Below, piece by piece: positions 61,645 through 64,000 of a DNA stretch of 64,000 bases. How positions within the stretch are numbered: the first letter of the stretch is position 1; each line of letters opens with the position of its first letter. Origin of the DNA: an uncultured Gemmatimonadales bacterium (GTDB lineage: Bacteria > Gemmatimonadota > Gemmatimonadetes > Longimicrobiales > Gaopeijiaceae); the NCBI GenBank assembly GCA_963823035.1, contig CAWGKG010000020.1:192001-256000 (forward strand), in the 5' to 3' direction. The notes beneath the pieces are model-generated. The model made no database searches. It saw nothing but the letters and a program-made list of their open reading frames with translations, and was not told the origin of the DNA. Both the position numbers and the translations under genes were made by a program.

Positions 61645-62658
61645 CTACCCCACGAGCTCGCGCAGCGCCGCCACCTGCTCGTCCTTCCCGAGCACGATCA
61701 CCTCGTCACCCGCGTCGAGCCGGGTGTCGCCCACCGGATTGAAGACGAAGTCCTGACGCGCGTCCGAGCGCTTGCGCAGGGCGATCACGATGAGCCCCGT
61801 CCTCTGCGGGATCCTCGCCTCCATCAGCGTCTTGCCTGCGACAGGCGACTTCTGGCCGATCACGGCCTGCTCCATGCGCAGCGCGAGGTCCGACGAGCGC
61901 GTCGCGATGTCGAGGAAGGACACCGCGGAGGGGCGGAGCAGCACGGACGCCATGCGGATGGCGCTGCTCACGTTGGGGCTCACCACGTGGTCCGCGCCCG
62001 CGCGGTAGAGCTTGTCCATGGTCTCCTCCTCGTAGGCCCGCGCCACGATCTTCACCGTGGCGGCCAGGTCCCGCGCCGAGAGGCACACGAAGAGGTTGTC
62101 CGTGTCCTGGCTGAGGCAGGTGACGAGCCCCTTGGCCTGGAGCAGCCCCGCCTCCAGGAGCACCTGGTCGTGCGTGGCGTCGCCCTCGATGACGTGGGCG
62201 TCGGGGAGGAACTCGCGGAGCTGCTCGATGCGCTTCGGGTCGCGCTCGATGATCACGTAGTCGCTCCCCATGCTCCCGAGCTCCTGCGCGACCTGTCGGC
62301 CCGTCCGGCCGCATCCGCAGACGATGACGTGGTCCTTCATGCGCGCGATCTCCCTCATGTTGCGGCGCCTCCGCAAGGCGTCCTTGAGATCCAGCTCGAC
62401 GAAGAGTGAGGTGAGGTTGGCGAACCACAGCCCCATCCAGGTCAGCCCGCCCAGCAGGAGGAACATCGTGAAGATCCGCCCTGCGTGGCTCAGCGGCCAC
62501 ACCTCCTCGTATCCGACCGCCGTGAGCGTGATGACGGTCATGTAGAGGGCGTCGCGCAGCCCCTGCGCCTCGATGAGCACATAGCCCGCGGTCCCCCCGA
62601 CGATCAGGACGAGGAGCAGCGCGAAGGACCAGAGGAAACGGGTGAAGAAGGCCGCCAT
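61645..62658 (-). CDS. Potassium channel protein (2TM pore + TrkA-N/TrkA-C RCK)
   Basis: DALYMTVITLTAVGY pore, VCGCGRTG Rossmann, GDAT, D..N, TrkA-C region. Confidence 0.9.
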   Translation of the reverse strand: MAAFFTRFLWSFALLLVLIVGGTAGYVLIEAQGLRDALYMTVITLTAVGYEEVWPLSHAGRIFTMFLLLGGLTWMGLWFANLTSLFVELDLKDALRRRRNMREIARMKDHVIVCGCGRTGRQVAQELGSMGSDYVIIERDPKRIEQLREFLPDAHVIEGDATHDQVLLEAGLLQAKGLVTCLSQDTDNLFVCLSARDLAATVKIVARAYEEETMDKLYRAGADHVVSPNVSSAIRMASVLLRPSAVSFLDIATRSSDLALRMEQAVIGQKSPVAGKTLMEARIPQRTGLIVIALRKRSDARQDFVFNPVGDTRLDAGDEVIVLGKDEQVAALRELVG

Positions 62659-62774
62659 TCAGGTGCGCAGAATATCCGCCTCTATTGCGGGGATGCGTGA
62701 TCGCCGTGCCGGGAGTGAAGGCCCCGGATGGCTGAGAAGCTAGGCAGGACGCGGATTTTCGGCCACTTCTTCTC

Positions 62775-62803
62775 TTGACGCTCAGATGGGCGGCGCTTAC
62801 CGT
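62775..62803 (+). promoter_or_regulatory. Sigma70-type promoter candidate for hup
   Basis: TTGACG, 17-bp spacer, TACCGT. Confidence 0.5.
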
Positions 62804-62954
62804 AGGGGCTATTGTATGCGAGCGGGCCCGGAAACACTTGATTCACGATGGTTTTCGGGGCTCCCGAGACTCTCTCGGAGAGGGCGTTCCAGGCCCGCGC
62901 CTGTGGGCGGCCAAGGCCGCGACCTCTCAACACCTTCGTCACAGGAGTTGCCCG

Positions 62955-63239
62955 ATGAACAAGTCTGATCTCGTGGACGCCCTCGCCGACGCCACTGGCA
63001 TGACCAAGGCCGATGCCGGTCGGGCCGTGGATGCGCTCTTCAGCCCGGATGGCGGCATCATCGCCAAGACGCTGAAGCGGGGCGGCCGCGTACAGATCAC
63101 GGGCTTCGGCACCTTCGAGGCCAAGAACAGGAAGGCCCGGACCGGCCGGAACCCCCGCACGGGTGAGACCATCCGGATCGCTGCGACGAAGACCCCGGCG
63201 TTCCGCGCGGGCAAGGGCCTCAAGGACGGCATCAAGTAG
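62955..63239 (+). CDS. hup: HU family DNA-binding protein
   Basis: MNKSDLVDALA...VQITGFGTF...ARTGRNPRTGE.I.I...P.F.AGK.LKD. Confidence 0.96.
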   Translation: MNKSDLVDALADATGMTKADAGRAVDALFSPDGGIIAKTLKRGGRVQITGFGTFEAKNRKARTGRNPRTGETIRIAATKTPAFRAGKGLKDGIK

Positions 63240-63277
63240 AAGGACTCCCGCCGGGGCAGATGGGCGCCCCATGGAGA

Positions 63278-63321
63278 GAACGAAGGGGCCGCGTCGCTCG
63301 CGCGACGCGGCCCCTTTGTTC
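63278..63321. terminator. Bidirectional terminator hairpin
   Basis: GAACGAAGGGGCCGCGTCGC/GCGACGCGGCCCCTTTGTTC stem between convergent hup and helicase genes. Confidence 0.75.
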
Positions 63322-63350
63322 GTCCATCGTACGGCTCGCGAGCGTTTCGG

Positions 63351-64000
63351 TCAGCCTCGCCTCGGCCCCCGACTCCTCGGCGGGCCCCCCCGTGGGGTCG
63401 CGGGGCGCGCGCGTCCCCGGTCGAAGTCCGCGCGTACGGCCCTCCCCCGGATGGTCGTGCCGTTGAGGGCACCGATGACCTTGCGCGCCACGCCCTCGTG
63501 GACCTCCACGACGGAGTGCGACTCGCGGATGTCGATCTTCCCGACCTCGTCTCCCGAGATCGCGGCCTCTCCGGTGATCGCTCCCAACAGGTCCTTGGGC
63601 GTGAGCCCATCCCGCTCGCCCACGCTCAGGAACAGCTTCACCCAGGCCTGCGGGGCGGGACGCCCGCCCCGGTCGGCGGCGGCGTCGCGCACCGGGGGCG
63701 TGGTCGGGGCCTTCTTGCGGAGGAGCGCCGCCGTGGCCGCAGCGACCTCGGCGGGGTCGAAGCGCTCGAACAGCGGCTCGAGCAGGAGGAGGTAGGGGGA
63801 CACGTCCTCCTCCTCGATCGCGCGCGCGACGAGCGCGCGAAAACGCTCGCCCTCGTCTTGCGGGCGCGGGGTGGGTGGGGCCGGCTCGAGCTTGTAGCCC
63901 GTGCGGCGCGCGACGTCCCGCAGGTGCGCCATCTCGCGCGGCAGGACGAGCACCCACCCGCTCCCTGTGAGACCGTGGCGGCGGTCCAGCGAGTCCGGCC
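63351..64000 (-). CDS. DEAD-box RNA helicase-like protein, C-terminal DbpA RNA-binding domain (partial)
   Basis: KLFLSVGERDGLTPKDLLGAI.GEA.I....VGKIDI...HS.VEV...LNGTTIRGR. Confidence 0.8.
   Translation of the reverse strand, partial: PDSLDRRHGLTGSGWVLVLPREMAHLRDVARRTGYKLEPAPPTPRPQDEGERFRALVARAIEEEDVSPYLLLLEPLFERFDPAEVAAATAALLRKKAPTTPPVRDAAADRGGRPAPQAWVKLFLSVGERDGLTPKDLLGAITGEAAISGDEVGKIDIRESHSVVEVHEGVARKVIGALNGTTIRGRAVRADFDRGRARPATPRGGPPRSRGPRRG

Noticed and set aside
62500..62545. K+ channel filter TAVGYE instead of TVGYG
   Set aside because: Such variants are common among prokaryotic RCK-containing channels; not evidence of novelty on its own
1..64000. CRISPR arrays, tRNA/rRNA, integrases/transposases, phage or defence genes
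   Set aside because: No spaced direct repeats, cloverleaf/rRNA signatures or corresponding protein motifs recognised by eye; small RNAs could have been missed

Overview
High-GC bacterial chromosomal window. The gene content (ADOP permeases with PadR, DUF1592/DUF1552/ankyrin, DUF5916, PorV-like barrel) suggests Gemmatimonadota or a similar lineage; this is inference. Many genes carry single-base indels, most simply long-read assembly errors. I found no rRNA, tRNA, CRISPR array or transposase. The main content is an anaerobic ferredoxin-based energy locus split into two operons. Operon 1 (4564-14424) holds 2-oxoacid:ferredoxin oxidoreductase alpha/beta, an apparently inactive PFOR-beta-like paralog, rnfB and a giant PFOR-like protein with a C-terminal ferredoxin. 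Operon 2 (24038-30177) holds rnfCDGEA, an unannotated 49-aa NqrM-like Cys-rich membrane peptide, apbE and two paralogous Cys-rich proteins. Both operons are preceded by copies of the same 104-bp upstream element (about 71/104 identical, ungapped). A SufR-like regulator/membrane protein/DUF59/DUF2249 module is transcribed divergently from operon 1. A second notable locus (32552-39305) pairs a cytoplasmic PAS hybrid kinase with an orphan GspE/PilB ATPase flanked by receiver domains, an Hpt domain and a PGM1-like ATP-grasp ligase. The rest is housekeeping or accessory: trpF, glgA, CocE hydrolase, PPIase, nudC, infA, K+ channel, HU and a DEAD-box helicase 3' end.
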